Assembly: GCA_963666055.2 (NCBI GenBank)
Contig: CAXWPH010000006.1
Coordinates: forward strand, 64,001-128,000
Direction of reading: 5' to 3'
Source: Acidobacteriota bacterium
Lineage (GTDB): Bacteria > Acidobacteriota > UBA890 > WLXD01
Length of the DNA stretch: 64,000 nt
A program made the translations under genes and the position numbers. Of this stretch, positions 29,327-39,238 are shown piece after piece. Each line of letters starts with the position of its first letter. The stretch's first letter is position 1. The notes below the pieces were generated by a model. It did no database searches, had not been told where the DNA came from, and saw only the letters and a list, made by a program, of their open reading frames with translations.

Positions 29327-31557
29327 TGCGCCGGTGTGATGGGTAGGATAGGCGCGACGCCATCGAGCGCCTCGCGAATGCGCTCAGCCAGGGTGGTGTT
29401 GCGAGCTGACGGCGATGCGTTGCCGACGGCGCGGGCGAGCGCCTCGCGACTGCTGATCAGCACCGCAACCCGCTGAGCCCGGGTCAACGCCGTGTAGAGC
29501 AGATTGCGCTGCAGCATGATGTGGTGCTCCGGCATGAGAACGATCACGACGGCGGGATACTCGCTCCCCTGACTCTTATGCACCGAGATAGCGTATGCTA
29601 GCGTCAGGTCGGTCGCAGCGTTACGGTCGTAGCCCACCAGGCGACCGTCAAAATCGACCGTCAAGCCCTCCTCCGGATCGGCGATCACCACGTGCCCGAT
29701 ATCGCCGTTGAACACCTCGCGATCGTAGTCGTTGCGCAGCTGCATGACTCGGTCCCCGACACCTAGCATCGGGTTCTCCGACAACGCCGCCACCGAACCA
29801 GGGTTGAGCGCCGCCTGAAGCTCGGAGTTGAGTCGGCTTACCCCGCAGCGGCCCCGGTGCATCGGCGCCAGCACCTGCACGTCGCGCATGGGGTCCAGCC
29901 CGAAGCGCCGGGGAATACGCTGTGTAACCAGCCGTTGCACGAGCGCACGAGCGCGGTCCGGATCGCGCTCATCAATCATGTAGAAGTCTGCATCGGGCTC
30001 ATCGGCCGATGCCGGAGCCTCGGGAACCTGGCCAGCGTTCACCCGATGTGCGTTCCGCACGATGAGGCTCGCGCGTGCCTGGCGAAAGATTCGCCGCAAC
30101 CGCACTGTGGGCACGCGCTCCGACGCAATGAGATCGCGTAATACCGCTCCGGGACCAACGGGAGGCAGTTGGTCGGCATCGCCAACCATCAGCAGTCGCG
30201 CGTCCGGTCGCAACGCGGCGATGAACGCGTCCATGAGTACCAGATCGACCATGGAGAACTCGTCAATCACCGCGAGATCAGCGTCGATGGGATTATCCGG
30301 CCCACGACCGAAGCCTTGTCCATACCCGAACTCGAGTAGACGGTGGATCGTCTTGGCCTCGCGCCCCGTCGCCTGCTCCATCCGCTTGGCGGCGCGGCCG
30401 GTCGGAGCCGCAAGGGCGACGCGCAAGTCAAGCATGGCGGCACACCGGACAATCGCATCGACCAGCGTCGTCTTGCCGGTGCCAGGGCCGCCGGTGACTA
30501 CCACCAGGCGGCCGAGAAGCGCGGCCTCGAGGGCGCTGCGTTGCTCCTCCGCGAGGCCGAGCTCGAGGCCCGCCTCGACTTGGCGTACCACGCCGATCAC
30601 GCGGCCGCTCTCGTCCGCCGGCTCGCACACGGTCGAAGCTCCCAGCACGGCTAGCCGACGCGCCACTCGCAGCTCCGCGGCATGCAAACCGGTCATGTAG
30701 ACCCGCGGGTCTGCGTCGCCGGCCGGCTCCACCACCACCTCGCGCCGTTGCGCCAGGGCATCGACTGTCGACAGCAGAGCGCGCCAGTCCTCGAGCTCGA
30801 GCAACTTGGCCGCCGCCGCCTGCAGATCGGAACGCAAGAGGAAACAGTTGCCCCGGCCGGCTGCCGCGAGCAGCGCCTCCGCCAACCCCGCCATCAACCG
30901 CTCAGGAGCGTCCGGGGCGATGCCCAATCGCATTGCCAGTCCATCGGCGGTGCGAAACCCGATGCCGCGCACCTCGCGGGCGAGCGCGTAGGGATCCCTC
31001 TTGACCCGGCGGATGGTCTCCTCTCCCAAGGTGCGCACGACTCTCTCGGCAAGCGCCGGACCCAGCCCAAGCCCCTGAAGAAAGATCCGCGCCTGTCGAT
31101 GCGCGGTTTTCTCCAACCATCCTGCCTTGATTTGCTCGAGCCTCTTGGCGCCGATGCCGCGCACCGTGAGGAGACGATCTGGCTCTTCATCCAGAACGCG
31201 CAGCGTGTCGGTGCCGAAGCGCTCAACGAGCCGCTTGGCGAACTCAGGGCCGATCCCGGGGATCACGCCGGAAGCAAGGTAGCGCCGCGCCCCGCTCTCG
31301 CTCTGGGGCTCGGCGGGTATGCTTGCGCGCGCCCGAAATTGCCTGCCGTAGCGCCGATCCGTTTCCCATTCGCCCTCGACCTCGATGCACTCGCCAGCAA
31401 AGAGCGGGGCCAGTGGACCCACGACGGTAACCAATCCACCATCGTCGGTCTCGAAGTGCACTACAGCCCAGCCCGTGTCGCGGTTCTCGAACACCACACG
31501 GGCAACGGTGCCTCGAAGCCGTCCGTCGAACAGCGACGGCTCCTGCGCTCGTGCCAT
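29323..31557 (-). CDS. recD2: SF1B helicase RecD2
   Basis: N-terminal OB and HhH motifs (IPGIGP, VRGIG, GIGFRTAD), TGGPGTGKTT, TIHRLL, IDEFSM, GDADQLPPVG, AYAISVHKSQGSE. Confidence 0.93.
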   Translation of the reverse strand: MARAQEPSLFDGRLRGTVARVVFENRDTGWAVVHFETDDGGLVTVVGPLAPLFAGECIEVEGEWETDRRYGRQFRARASIPAEPQSESGARRYLASGVIPGIGPEFAKRLVERFGTDTLRVLDEEPDRLLTVRGIGAKRLEQIKAGWLEKTAHRQARIFLQGLGLGPALAERVVRTLGEETIRRVKRDPYALAREVRGIGFRTADGLAMRLGIAPDAPERLMAGLAEALLAAAGRGNCFLLRSDLQAAAAKLLELEDWRALLSTVDALAQRREVVVEPAGDADPRVYMTGLHAAELRVARRLAVLGASTVCEPADESGRVIGVVRQVEAGLELGLAEEQRSALEAALLGRLVVVTGGPGTGKTTLVDAIVRCAAMLDLRVALAAPTGRAAKRMEQATGREAKTIHRLLEFGYGQGFGRGPDNPIDADLAVIDEFSMVDLVLMDAFIAALRPDARLLMVGDADQLPPVGPGAVLRDLIASERVPTVRLRRIFRQARASLIVRNAHRVNAGQVPEAPASADEPDADFYMIDERDPDRARALVQRLVTQRIPRRFGLDPMRDVQVLAPMHRGRCGVSRLNSELQAALNPGSVAALSENPMLGVGDRVMQLRNDYDREVFNGDIGHVVIADPEEGLTVDFDGRLVGYDRNAATDLTLAYAISVHKSQGSEYPAVVIVLMPEHHIMLQRNLLYTALTRAQRVAVLISSREALARAVGNASPSARNTTLAERIREALDGVAPILPITPAH

Positions 31558-31564
31558 CGGCCGA

Positions 31565-32965
31565 TCAGATATGTAGCGGGCGGCCGTCAACCGCCAGCGC
31601 GGCTTCCTTGAACGCCTCCGACAACGTGGGGTGCGCGTGGACGGTTAACGCAAGGTCTTCAGCGTAGCCGCCGTACCCCATTGCCACGACCGCCTCGTGA
31701 ATCAGATGCCCGGCCTCCGGGCCAACGCAGTGAACTCCCAGGATCACGTCGGTGTCGGCGTCGGCGATCACCTTCACCCAACCCTCCATGTCATCGCGCG
31801 CGCGTGCCCGGCCGTTGCCGCGGAACGGAAAGCGGCCAACCTTGAGTCTGTGCCCGCGCAGCTTGGCCTCCTCTTCCTTGAGTCCCACCGAGGCGAGCTC
31901 CGGATGGGTGAACACAACCGCAGGGATCGCGTCGTACTCCATCGCGGCGGCTCGGCCGGCGATACATTCCGCCGCAACAACACCCTCGTCCATGGCCACG
32001 TGCGCCAGCATGGGCGTGGCGACAATGTCGCCGATCGCATAAACACCAGGCACTCCGGTGCGCATGCCGTGGTCGACCATGATGAAACCACGATCGTCGG
32101 TTTCAAGCCCGATCGCGTCGAGCCCGAGCCCGTCGGTGGCCGGCAGCCGACCGATCGAGACCAGCACGCGGGCCGCGTCGACGGTCGCCTCGTCGTCCTC
32201 GACGCTGTAGCGTACCTGCGCGGAATCGCCCTCGACCTGAACGGCAGTAACCCTTGCACCGAGGCGGATGTCGAGCCCCTGCTCCGCGAGGAGCGTGTGG
32301 GCCGTTGCGGCCACCTCGGCATCCATTTCTGGCAGGATGCGATCCATCATCTCCAGCACGACGACCTCGGCACCGAGTCGCGAGTACACGCTCCCGAGCT
32401 CCAGCCCGATGTAACCCGCACCTACGATGACCAGGCGGTCGGGCACCATCTCGAGGTCCAATGCGCCGCGCGATGAGATCACCACGTCGTCGTCAAATGG
32501 AACCCTGGGCAACTCAGCCTCAACGGACCCGGTAGCGACAATGACGTTGTCCGCAAGCACGGTCACACCAGTCCCGTCCGCCGACTCCACGCCAAGCACG
32601 CCCGGCGCCTTGAAGCGCGCCGTCCCCCTCAGTTGCTCGACTCCGTGCCGCTTGAGCAAGCCGCGCACGCCGGTAGTCAGCGCCTTGACCACCTTCGCCT
32701 TGTGTCGCTGCATGGCGGCGAAATCAACTCTGGCGCCTTCGACCTGAATCCCGAACACCGACGCCCGGTTGATCTGGCTGAACAGGTGCGTGGCATCGAG
32801 CAACGCCTTTGACGGAATGCACCCGACATTGAGGCAGGTGCCGCCGACGAATTCCTTCTCGATCACAGCGACCCGCTGCCCCAGCTGCGCAGCGCGTATT
32901 GCTGCCACGTAGCCGCCCGGGCCTGCCCCGATGACGGCGACCTCTACTTGAATGTCGGCGTTCAT
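31565..32965 (-). CDS. lpdA: dihydrolipoyl dehydrogenase (E3)
   Basis: GAGPGG, GGTCLNVGCIPSK, GAGYIGLE, HAHPTLSE. Confidence 0.96.
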   Translation of the reverse strand: MNADIQVEVAVIGAGPGGYVAAIRAAQLGQRVAVIEKEFVGGTCLNVGCIPSKALLDATHLFSQINRASVFGIQVEGARVDFAAMQRHKAKVVKALTTGVRGLLKRHGVEQLRGTARFKAPGVLGVESADGTGVTVLADNVIVATGSVEAELPRVPFDDDVVISSRGALDLEMVPDRLVIVGAGYIGLELGSVYSRLGAEVVVLEMMDRILPEMDAEVAATAHTLLAEQGLDIRLGARVTAVQVEGDSAQVRYSVEDDEATVDAARVLVSIGRLPATDGLGLDAIGLETDDRGFIMVDHGMRTGVPGVYAIGDIVATPMLAHVAMDEGVVAAECIAGRAAAMEYDAIPAVVFTHPELASVGLKEEEAKLRGHRLKVGRFPFRGNGRARARDDMEGWVKVIADADTDVILGVHCVGPEAGHLIHEAVVAMGYGGYAEDLALTVHAHPTLSEAFKEAALAVDGRPLHI

Positions 32966-32973
32966 CGTCAGGC

Positions 32974-34452
32974 TCAGGGCACGAGCAGCTGCAGCTTGGG
33001 ATCCTCGAGCAACGCCACCAGATCACGTGTGAACTGCGCCGCCGGAGCACCATCGACGACGCGATGGTCGAGGGAAAGGGACAGGTTCACCATGTCGCGA
33101 ATCACGATCTCGTCGCCGCGCACCACCGGGCGCTTGCGAATAGCGGGCACCCCCAGGATCGCCACCTCGGGGTGGTTGATGATCGGCGTGGCGAGGAGTC
33201 CACCGATGCTGCCGGTACTCGTGATCGTAATAGTCCCACCCTGCAGATCATCCGCGGCGCTGCGCCCGGCACGCGCATCCGCGGAAAGACGCGCGATCTC
33301 TTGTGCCAGCGCGAAGATGCTCAACTGGTCGGCGTTCTTCACCACCGGCACCATCAGGCCGCGTTCCGTGTCGGTAGCAATGCCTACGTTGTAGTAGCGC
33401 TTCAGCACGATCTCGCCGCTCTCCTCGTCGAGCGACGAATTGAGGATCGGATGGCGACGGCACGCCTCGATCAACGCCTTGATGAAGAAGGGCAGGTAGG
33501 TAACCCGCAGCCCCTGAGCAGCGGCCATCCCCTTGGCCTCGCGACGCAACGCTACGATCTCGGTCATGTCGCACTCCTCGACGTATGTGAAGTGCGGGAT
33601 ACGACGCTTCGCCTCCACGAGGCGCTCGGCAATCCGTCGCCGAAGCCCGCGCAGCGGAATGCGCTCTTCGAGCGGACCGGCGGAGACCGGCGTCAGCCGA
33701 GGCGCGTTCACGGCGACCGGCGGCACCACATCGACCGGCGGCACCACATCGACCGGCGGCACCACATCGACCGGCGGCACCGCATCGACCGGCGGCACCG
33801 CATCGACCGCCCTGACGGCCTCCGGGGCGGCTCCGGCGATCGCATCGGGCATCGCGGGCGAGTCCGTTGGTGCGGCTCGATCGGCACCACTCAAGAGATC
33901 CGCTTTGGTAACCCGCCCACCCTTGCCGGTCCCTTGTACCCCTTGCAGATCGACGCCGAGCTGCCGCGCAAGGCGGCGGGTGGCCGGAGTCGTAGGCGTC
34001 GGCGTGGCGCCGGACGCGGCCCGGGGAACCTCCCAAGCGACCGTCTCCTCAGCTTCCGAGTCGAGCTCGGCGCGTGCCATTGCCTGCGCCGCCGCCACCG
34101 GGTCGTCGTCGACCTCCTCTGCTGCAATTGATACTACGGGGGCAACATCGGCACGGGGCTGCGAAGCTACGTCGGCCTCCCGAGCGTCGCTCGGCTCGCT
34201 GCTGCCCGCCTCCTCGCCCCTGTCGAGCAGCAAGATCACCGCGCCAACGTCGACGATTTCGCCTTCCTTGACGCGCAGCTCGAGTACGGTGCCCGAAAAT
34301 GGCGCTGGAATCTCCACTGTCGCCTTGTCGGTCATGACCTCGACGAGCGGCGTGTCCTCCTCCACGGCTTGGCCCTCGGTGACGAGCCACTTGATGATCT
34401 CGCCCTCGGCCGTCCCCTCGCCGATCTCCGGTAGCTTGATCTCGCTCGCCAT
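32974..34452 (-). CDS. dihydrolipoamide acyltransferase (E2)
   Basis: Lipoyl motif VMTDKA, binding domain PATRRLAR..G.GKGGRV, catalytic DHRVVDGA. Confidence 0.95.
   Translation of the reverse strand: MASEIKLPEIGEGTAEGEIIKWLVTEGQAVEEDTPLVEVMTDKATVEIPAPFSGTVLELRVKEGEIVDVGAVILLLDRGEEAGSSEPSDAREADVASQPRADVAPVVSIAAEEVDDDPVAAAQAMARAELDSEAEETVAWEVPRAASGATPTPTTPATRRLARQLGVDLQGVQGTGKGGRVTKADLLSGADRAAPTDSPAMPDAIAGAAPEAVRAVDAVPPVDAVPPVDVVPPVDVVPPVDVVPPVAVNAPRLTPVSAGPLEERIPLRGLRRRIAERLVEAKRRIPHFTYVEECDMTEIVALRREAKGMAAAQGLRVTYLPFFIKALIEACRRHPILNSSLDEESGEIVLKRYYNVGIATDTERGLMVPVVKNADQLSIFALAQEIARLSADARAGRSAADDLQGGTITITSTGSIGGLLATPIINHPEVAILGVPAIRKRPVVRGDEIVIRDMVNLSLSLDHRVVDGAPAAQFTRDLVALLEDPKLQLLVP
33715..33809. 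repeat. 18-bp tandem repeat (about 5.3 copies) in the E2 linker
   Basis: GACCGGCGGCACCACATC x3 then GACCGGCGGCACCGCATC x2; encodes D(A/V)VPPV. Confidence 0.95.
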
Positions 34453-34457
34453 GGGCC

Positions 34458-35435
34458 TCAGAAGTTTGCTACTCGCTCGATGGCGGCGACAACCCGTCGC
34501 TTGCTCGGCAAGTAGTCGTCCTCGTGAACGTGGGGAAACGGTACGTCAAAGCCGGCGACACGCTCGACCGGCGCCTCCAGATGCAACAGGGCGCGCTCCG
34601 AGAGCGTCGCCGAGAGCTCGGCGCCAAAGCCACAGTAGGTTGGCGACTCGGCCACGATCACCGCCCGCCCGGTCTTGGCAATCGAGCTCAGAACGGTGGC
34701 GATGTCGAGCGGAAGCAGCGTGCGCAGATCGACAACGTCGGTTTGGATGCCCGACCCGGCGGCGGCGTCGGCCGCCGCCAGGGCCACCGGCACGGTCGAC
34801 CCATATGCGAACACCGAGACATCGGTACCCTGCCGCCGGACTCGAGCCTCGCCAAGCGGCACGATGTGGTCGTCGTCGACGCTGGCTCGGCAATCCTGAT
34901 AGAGGCTCTTGGGCTCCAGGAACACGACCGGGTCATCTCCGCGCAGTGCCGCACGGAGCATGCCGGCGGCGTCCGTCGGATCCGAGGGTGCTGCCACGAC
35001 GAGCCCGGGCGTATGGCAGAAGTACGCTTCTGGACTCTGCGATTGGTACATCCCGCCACCGACGCCACCGCCATAGGGAAGGCGCAAGACGAGCGGACAA
35101 GCGTACTGACCCCCGGAGCGATATCGGATCCGGGCCATCTCCGACACGATGTGCTCGAAGCCGGGCCAGACGAAATCAGCGAACTGAAGCTCGGTTACCG
35201 GGCGGAGCCCGTAAAGCGCCATGCCCACGGCGGTGCCGATCACACCACCCTCCCCGGTAGGAGCGTCGATGACGCGCAGCTCGCCGAATTCGTCGAGCAA
35301 CCCTTCAGTGGTGCCGAACAGGCCACCGAGTGCTCCGACATCCTCACCTAGCAGCACAATCGAGTCGTCGCGGCGCATCTCGGCGCTCAGCGTCCGGTTG
35401 ATCGCTTGCGCCATGTTGAGATCGGGCATCTTCAT
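34458..35435 (-). CDS. 2-oxoacid dehydrogenase E1 beta, catalytic His replaced by Gln
   Basis: LGEDVG, ELQFADF, RYRSGG, GGMYQSQSPEA, DPVVFLEPK. Confidence 0.93.
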   Translation of the reverse strand: MKMPDLNMAQAINRTLSAEMRRDDSIVLLGEDVGALGGLFGTTEGLLDEFGELRVIDAPTGEGGVIGTAVGMALYGLRPVTELQFADFVWPGFEHIVSEMARIRYRSGGQYACPLVLRLPYGGGVGGGMYQSQSPEAYFCHTPGLVVAAPSDPTDAAGMLRAALRGDDPVVFLEPKSLYQDCRASVDDDHIVPLGEARVRRQGTDVSVFAYGSTVPVALAAADAAAGSGIQTDVVDLRTLLPLDIATVLSSIAKTGRAVIVAESPTYCGFGAELSATLSERALLHLEAPVERVAGFDVPFPHVHEDDYLPSKRRVVAAIERVANF

Positions 35436-35455
35436 CTCGCCAGGTCGCCGGCCAG

Positions 35456-35479
35456 CTAGTGTCCCGCGCGGGACACTAG
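35456..35479. repeat. perfect 24-bp palindrome; collapsed family-B element
   Basis: CTAGTGTCCCGCGCGGGACACTAG; carries the E1 alpha TAG stop. Confidence 0.85.
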
Positions 35480-36453
35480 GATTCGTCCTTCAGACGACGT
35501 AGCTTGCGCGACTGCTCTTGCAGCATCCAGGGCCGCTGCGCCCATACGTCGTCGAACATCGTGTCGGCTGCTGGTGGCCCGGCACTCTCCGCCGCGGCGA
35601 CGGCGGCTGCCACGCGCTCCTCGCAGCGGCGACTGAACTCGTCCTCTCGGCCGGCGTCCCAGACGCCGCGGTGCTCGAGATAGGGGCGCAGTCTGACCGC
35701 CGGCTCCAGCGCCGCCGTGCCGGCCGGCACAACAGCCTCGATCAGCGTCGGGCCGGCCCCAGCGAGCGCCGCTTCCCGGGCGCTGCGTGCCGCCGTGTAC
35801 ACGGCCAACATGTCGGTACCGTCGACGCTCACCGGGTTGACGCCATGCGCCATGGCGAGCGACGCCAGTGAGGTGCTCGGGCAGCGACATACGAAGACCA
35901 CGGGGGCGGCATGTCGCGCGGCAGTTGAGAGGCCGATCTGAAAGGAAGCCTGGTCGGTGGCTGCAGCTCCGAACAGGGCGAGAACGGCGTGCGGGTCATG
36001 TCGCAGCTTCATCGCCAGCGCGGTTCCTGCGGCGTGTTGAATCTGTGTCGCCAGCGGCCCCGAAACCGATACGAAGCGCCCCGCCGGCAGCGTGGCGTGG
36101 CCGGGTAACTGGCGCCCGCGCGCCAGGTCGTCTCGCGACGAAAGCACCTGCGCAAACAGCTGCTCGATGCTTCCGCCGCGCACCAGAAACGCCCCCACAT
36201 CGCGATAGGACGGATATAGCCAGTCACCGTCTTCGAAGGCCCGCGCGGCACCCGCCGATACCGCTGCGCTTGTTCCCGACGGAATCCAAAACCCGATTCG
36301 CCCTGACTGCTGCAGACGCGCGCATCGCTCATCGACGACCCGCGTCACGACCAGTGACTCGTACAGCGCCGTCAGGTCGGCATCCGACAGGTCGCCGACG
36401 TTGCGCTCGATCGCTTCAACGTCGTCCGCGAGGACGGTCAGCAGTTCGCCCAT
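35476..36453 (-). CDS. 2-oxoacid dehydrogenase E1 alpha-like, ThDP motif and active-site loops lost
   Basis: DWLYPSYRD, GRQLPGH, VDGTD.LAVY, GPTLIE, MFDDVW retained; GDG..NN reads GAA..RC. Confidence 0.88.
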   Translation of the reverse strand: MGELLTVLADDVEAIERNVGDLSDADLTALYESLVVTRVVDERCARLQQSGRIGFWIPSGTSAAVSAGAARAFEDGDWLYPSYRDVGAFLVRGGSIEQLFAQVLSSRDDLARGRQLPGHATLPAGRFVSVSGPLATQIQHAAGTALAMKLRHDPHAVLALFGAAATDQASFQIGLSTAARHAAPVVFVCRCPSTSLASLAMAHGVNPVSVDGTDMLAVYTAARSAREAALAGAGPTLIEAVVPAGTAALEPAVRLRPYLEHRGVWDAGREDEFSRRCEERVAAAVAAAESAGPPAADTMFDDVWAQRPWMLQEQSRKLRRLKDES

Positions 36454-37448
36454 GCCCCCTCCCCCGAGGAAGCGCGAATCGCGGACGTCGTGCGGATAGT
36501 TGCCGACGCGGCGACACGGCGCGTCTCGACCAGGTTGGCGACGAAGAACTCGCCGGCCCGATAAGAGCTGCGCACCAGCGGGCCCGACGCTACATAGGCG
36601 AAGCCGAGTCGCTCGCCGAGCTGCCGTAGCTGCGCGAAGCGCTCCGGCGTCACCCACTCAACGACGTCAAGGTGCTTGGACGTGGGCTGCAGGTACTGGC
36701 CGAGGGTCAGGAAATCGACGCCCACGGAGCGGAGCTCCTGCATCGAGCGACGCAGCTGTGCATCGCTTTCGCCCAGGCCGAGCATCAGCGATGACTTGGT
36801 GAACGGCTGCCGAGGATGGCGCTTGGCGCGCTCGAGAATGGCGAGCGACTTGTCGTAACCACACCGGGCGTCACGCACCGTGCGTTGCATCTCCTCAACC
36901 GTCTCGAGGTTGTGGGCGAAAACCTCCAGACCGGTATCGCACAGGGTATCGACAGCCTCGACGTCGCCGTTGAAGTCACCGACCAGTGCTTCGAGGATCA
37001 ACTCCGGTTGACGACGCTTCAACTGCTCGATGCAGGCAGCAACGTGGCCTGCCCCACCGTCGCTGAGATCGTCGCGATCGACCATGGTCAACACGACATA
37101 GCGAAGCTTGAGCAACGCCACCGACTCGGCGAGCTTGCGAGGCTCCTGGCTATCCACGCGGCCACCAGGGTTGCCGGTGGTCACCGCGCAGAAGCGGCAG
37201 CCACGTGTGCAAATCTCCCCGAGCAGCATGAAGGTAGCCGTGCCGCCCGCCCAGCACTCGCCGATGTTCGGGCAGCGTGCCTCCTCGCAAACCGTGAACA
37301 GGCCGCGGTCACGAAGCGTCTTCTTGATGAAGGTGTAACGCTCGCCGCCGGGAGCGCGAACCCTCAGCCAGTCAGGCTTTGCGCGGCGCGTCAGAGGTCC
37401 CGGAGCGCACCCCTCAGGTTCGCCTTGAAGCACGGGAAGGTCCACCAT
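36438..37448 (-). CDS. lipA: lipoyl synthase
   Basis: CEEARCPNIGEC, CTRGCRFC, HNLETV, LGQYLQP, PLVRSSY. Confidence 0.96.
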   Translation of the reverse strand: MVDLPVLQGEPEGCAPGPLTRRAKPDWLRVRAPGGERYTFIKKTLRDRGLFTVCEEARCPNIGECWAGGTATFMLLGEICTRGCRFCAVTTGNPGGRVDSQEPRKLAESVALLKLRYVVLTMVDRDDLSDGGAGHVAACIEQLKRRQPELILEALVGDFNGDVEAVDTLCDTGLEVFAHNLETVEEMQRTVRDARCGYDKSLAILERAKRHPRQPFTKSSLMLGLGESDAQLRRSMQELRSVGVDFLTLGQYLQPTSKHLDVVEWVTPERFAQLRQLGERLGFAYVASGPLVRSSYRAGEFFVANLVETRRVAASATIRTTSAIRASSGEGAWANC

Positions 37449-37466
37449 AGCGGCGATTATCCCACA

Positions 37467-38240
37467 TCACATCACCATCCGACGGCGCAGGTTCACGACT
37501 CCCAGCGCCATCCCGAAAGCTGCCGCGAGGAGCAGCCAGAGGATCTCGAGCGCCCATCCAGGCGGCGCGTGACCAGTGCTCAACGGGCGAATCAGGTGGA
37601 CGGCATGGGTGAGCGGATTCAGCTGCGCGGCAGCGCTTAGCGGGGCCGGCATGCCGTCGAGCGGAAAGAACACGCCAGAAAGGAAGAGCACCGGCATGAT
37701 GAACAGCGCGTAGAAGTGGTTGAGCGCGTCGAGCGCCGGCACGCGCGACGCCACCGCCAGCGCGACGCCACCGAAGAACAGCCCTTGCAGCAGCACCACT
37801 CCCAGTGCCGCAACCAGCCACACACCCGGCTCGAGTAACCCGAACGCCAAGCCGATGACCATCGTGGCCGTCGCGGAGATCATTCCCTTGGTCGCGGCCC
37901 AAAGAACCTCGCCCGCCGCCAGATCGGAAACTGACAATGGAGTGGCCAGGATAGCGTCGAACGTCCCCTGCACCCTCATGCGCAAGAAGGAGCCGTAGCT
38001 GGTCTCGAAGCAGGCAGCCGACATCGCCGCTCCGGCGACCACGCCGGCCACCACAAAACTGATGTACGGCACGCCGTCGATCGGAGGCATGTAGGAACCG
38101 AGACCGAACCCCACCACCGCAACGTAGAACAGCGGATCAGCCAGATGGCCGAAGAGGTTCCCCACCCACACCCGGCGATAGGTGGTGGCGTTTCGTTGCC
38201 AAACGCGCCCGGCGCGCCAAGTCGGAAACAGGTCGCTCAT
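37467..38240 (-). CDS. ABC-2 type permease (NodJ-like)
   Basis: Six hydrophobic segments; ILATPLS, LSGVFFP, NPLTHAV. Confidence 0.88.
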   Translation of the reverse strand: MSDLFPTWRAGRVWQRNATTYRRVWVGNLFGHLADPLFYVAVVGFGLGSYMPPIDGVPYISFVVAGVVAGAAMSAACFETSYGSFLRMRVQGTFDAILATPLSVSDLAAGEVLWAATKGMISATATMVIGLAFGLLEPGVWLVAALGVVLLQGLFFGGVALAVASRVPALDALNHFYALFIMPVLFLSGVFFPLDGMPAPLSAAAQLNPLTHAVHLIRPLSTGHAPPGWALEILWLLLAAAFGMALGVVNLRRRMVM

Positions 38241-39157
38241 TGCCGCATCTCACGGCCGGTAAGCCTCAAGAAAAGGTCTTCCAGCGTGGCGCTTCGCTGC
38301 AGCAACCGCTCGTTGGGGATAGCGTGCAACGCCGACCAGTCGATCTCGCCTCGTGGATACATGTAAATCGTGTCGCCGACCTGTTGCCGGTGACTCGCGC
38401 CCACCGCATCGAGGCGCGCCTCGATCAGGCCGCGCTCGGCGGGCAACGGCCGAATCTCGATACACTGCTCGCCGACGTGCTCCCGAACCAGTTCTGCCGG
38501 CTCGCCCTCGGCAAGCAGCGTGCCGGCGTCGATCACTGCTATGCGATCGCAGAGCTGCGCCGCCTCCTCCATATAGTGCGTCGTCAACAACATGGTCACG
38601 CCGGCGGACCGCAAGCTGCGCAGGCGGCTCCATACCCAATGACGCGCCTGCGGATCAAGCCCAGCAGTGGGCTCGTCGAGCAACAACAGCTCGGGCGAGC
38701 TGATCATCGCCCGCGCCAACACGAGTCGCCGCTTCATGCCTCCGGAGAGCGTCGGAATGAGCGCGTCGGCGCGATCGCTGAGCTCAACGAACTCGAGCAA
38801 CTCGTCGGCCCGACGCGCCGCATCTCGCCGGGCGACGTCGAAGTAGCGCGCGTACACCAGCAGGTTGCTACGAACCGTGATGTCGGGGTCGAGGCTGTTT
38901 TCTTGTGGCACCACCCCGAGGCGGGCCTTGATCGCCCGGGGGGCGGTGTGCACGTCGTGCCCGAGCACGGTCAGCGCTCCCGACGACGGCGGCAAGACGC
39001 ACTGGACCATGCGTACGATGGTCGTCTTGCCGGCGCCGTTGACCCCCAGGAAGCCGAAACACTCGGCGCGCCGGACAGCGAAGTCGATACCGGCGACGGC
39101 CTCGAGCTCACCGAATCGTCTCACCAGCTGTTGCGCGACGATGGCGTCGGCGCTCAT
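38237..39157 (-). CDS. ABC-2 type ATP-binding protein (NodI-like)
   Basis: [38 protein letters not shown]. Confidence 0.92.
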   Translation of the reverse strand: MSADAIVAQQLVRRFGELEAVAGIDFAVRRAECFGFLGVNGAGKTTIVRMVQCVLPPSSGALTVLGHDVHTAPRAIKARLGVVPQENSLDPDITVRSNLLVYARYFDVARRDAARRADELLEFVELSDRADALIPTLSGGMKRRLVLARAMISSPELLLLDEPTAGLDPQARHWVWSRLRSLRSAGVTMLLTTHYMEEAAQLCDRIAVIDAGTLLAEGEPAELVREHVGEQCIEIRPLPAERGLIEARLDAVGASHRQQVGDTIYMYPRGEIDWSALHAIPNERLLQRSATLEDLFLRLTGREMRQ

Positions 39158-39238
39158 GTTGTTCCACCCCTAGGCATTCGCTCCGATCGACTGGCCGACG
39201 CGTGCGACAATACCGTGCCGATCGGGAGAGGAATCCGC

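Noticed and set aside
33715-33809. CRISPR-like array
   Set aside because: Contiguous in-frame repeats with no spacers and no cas genes.
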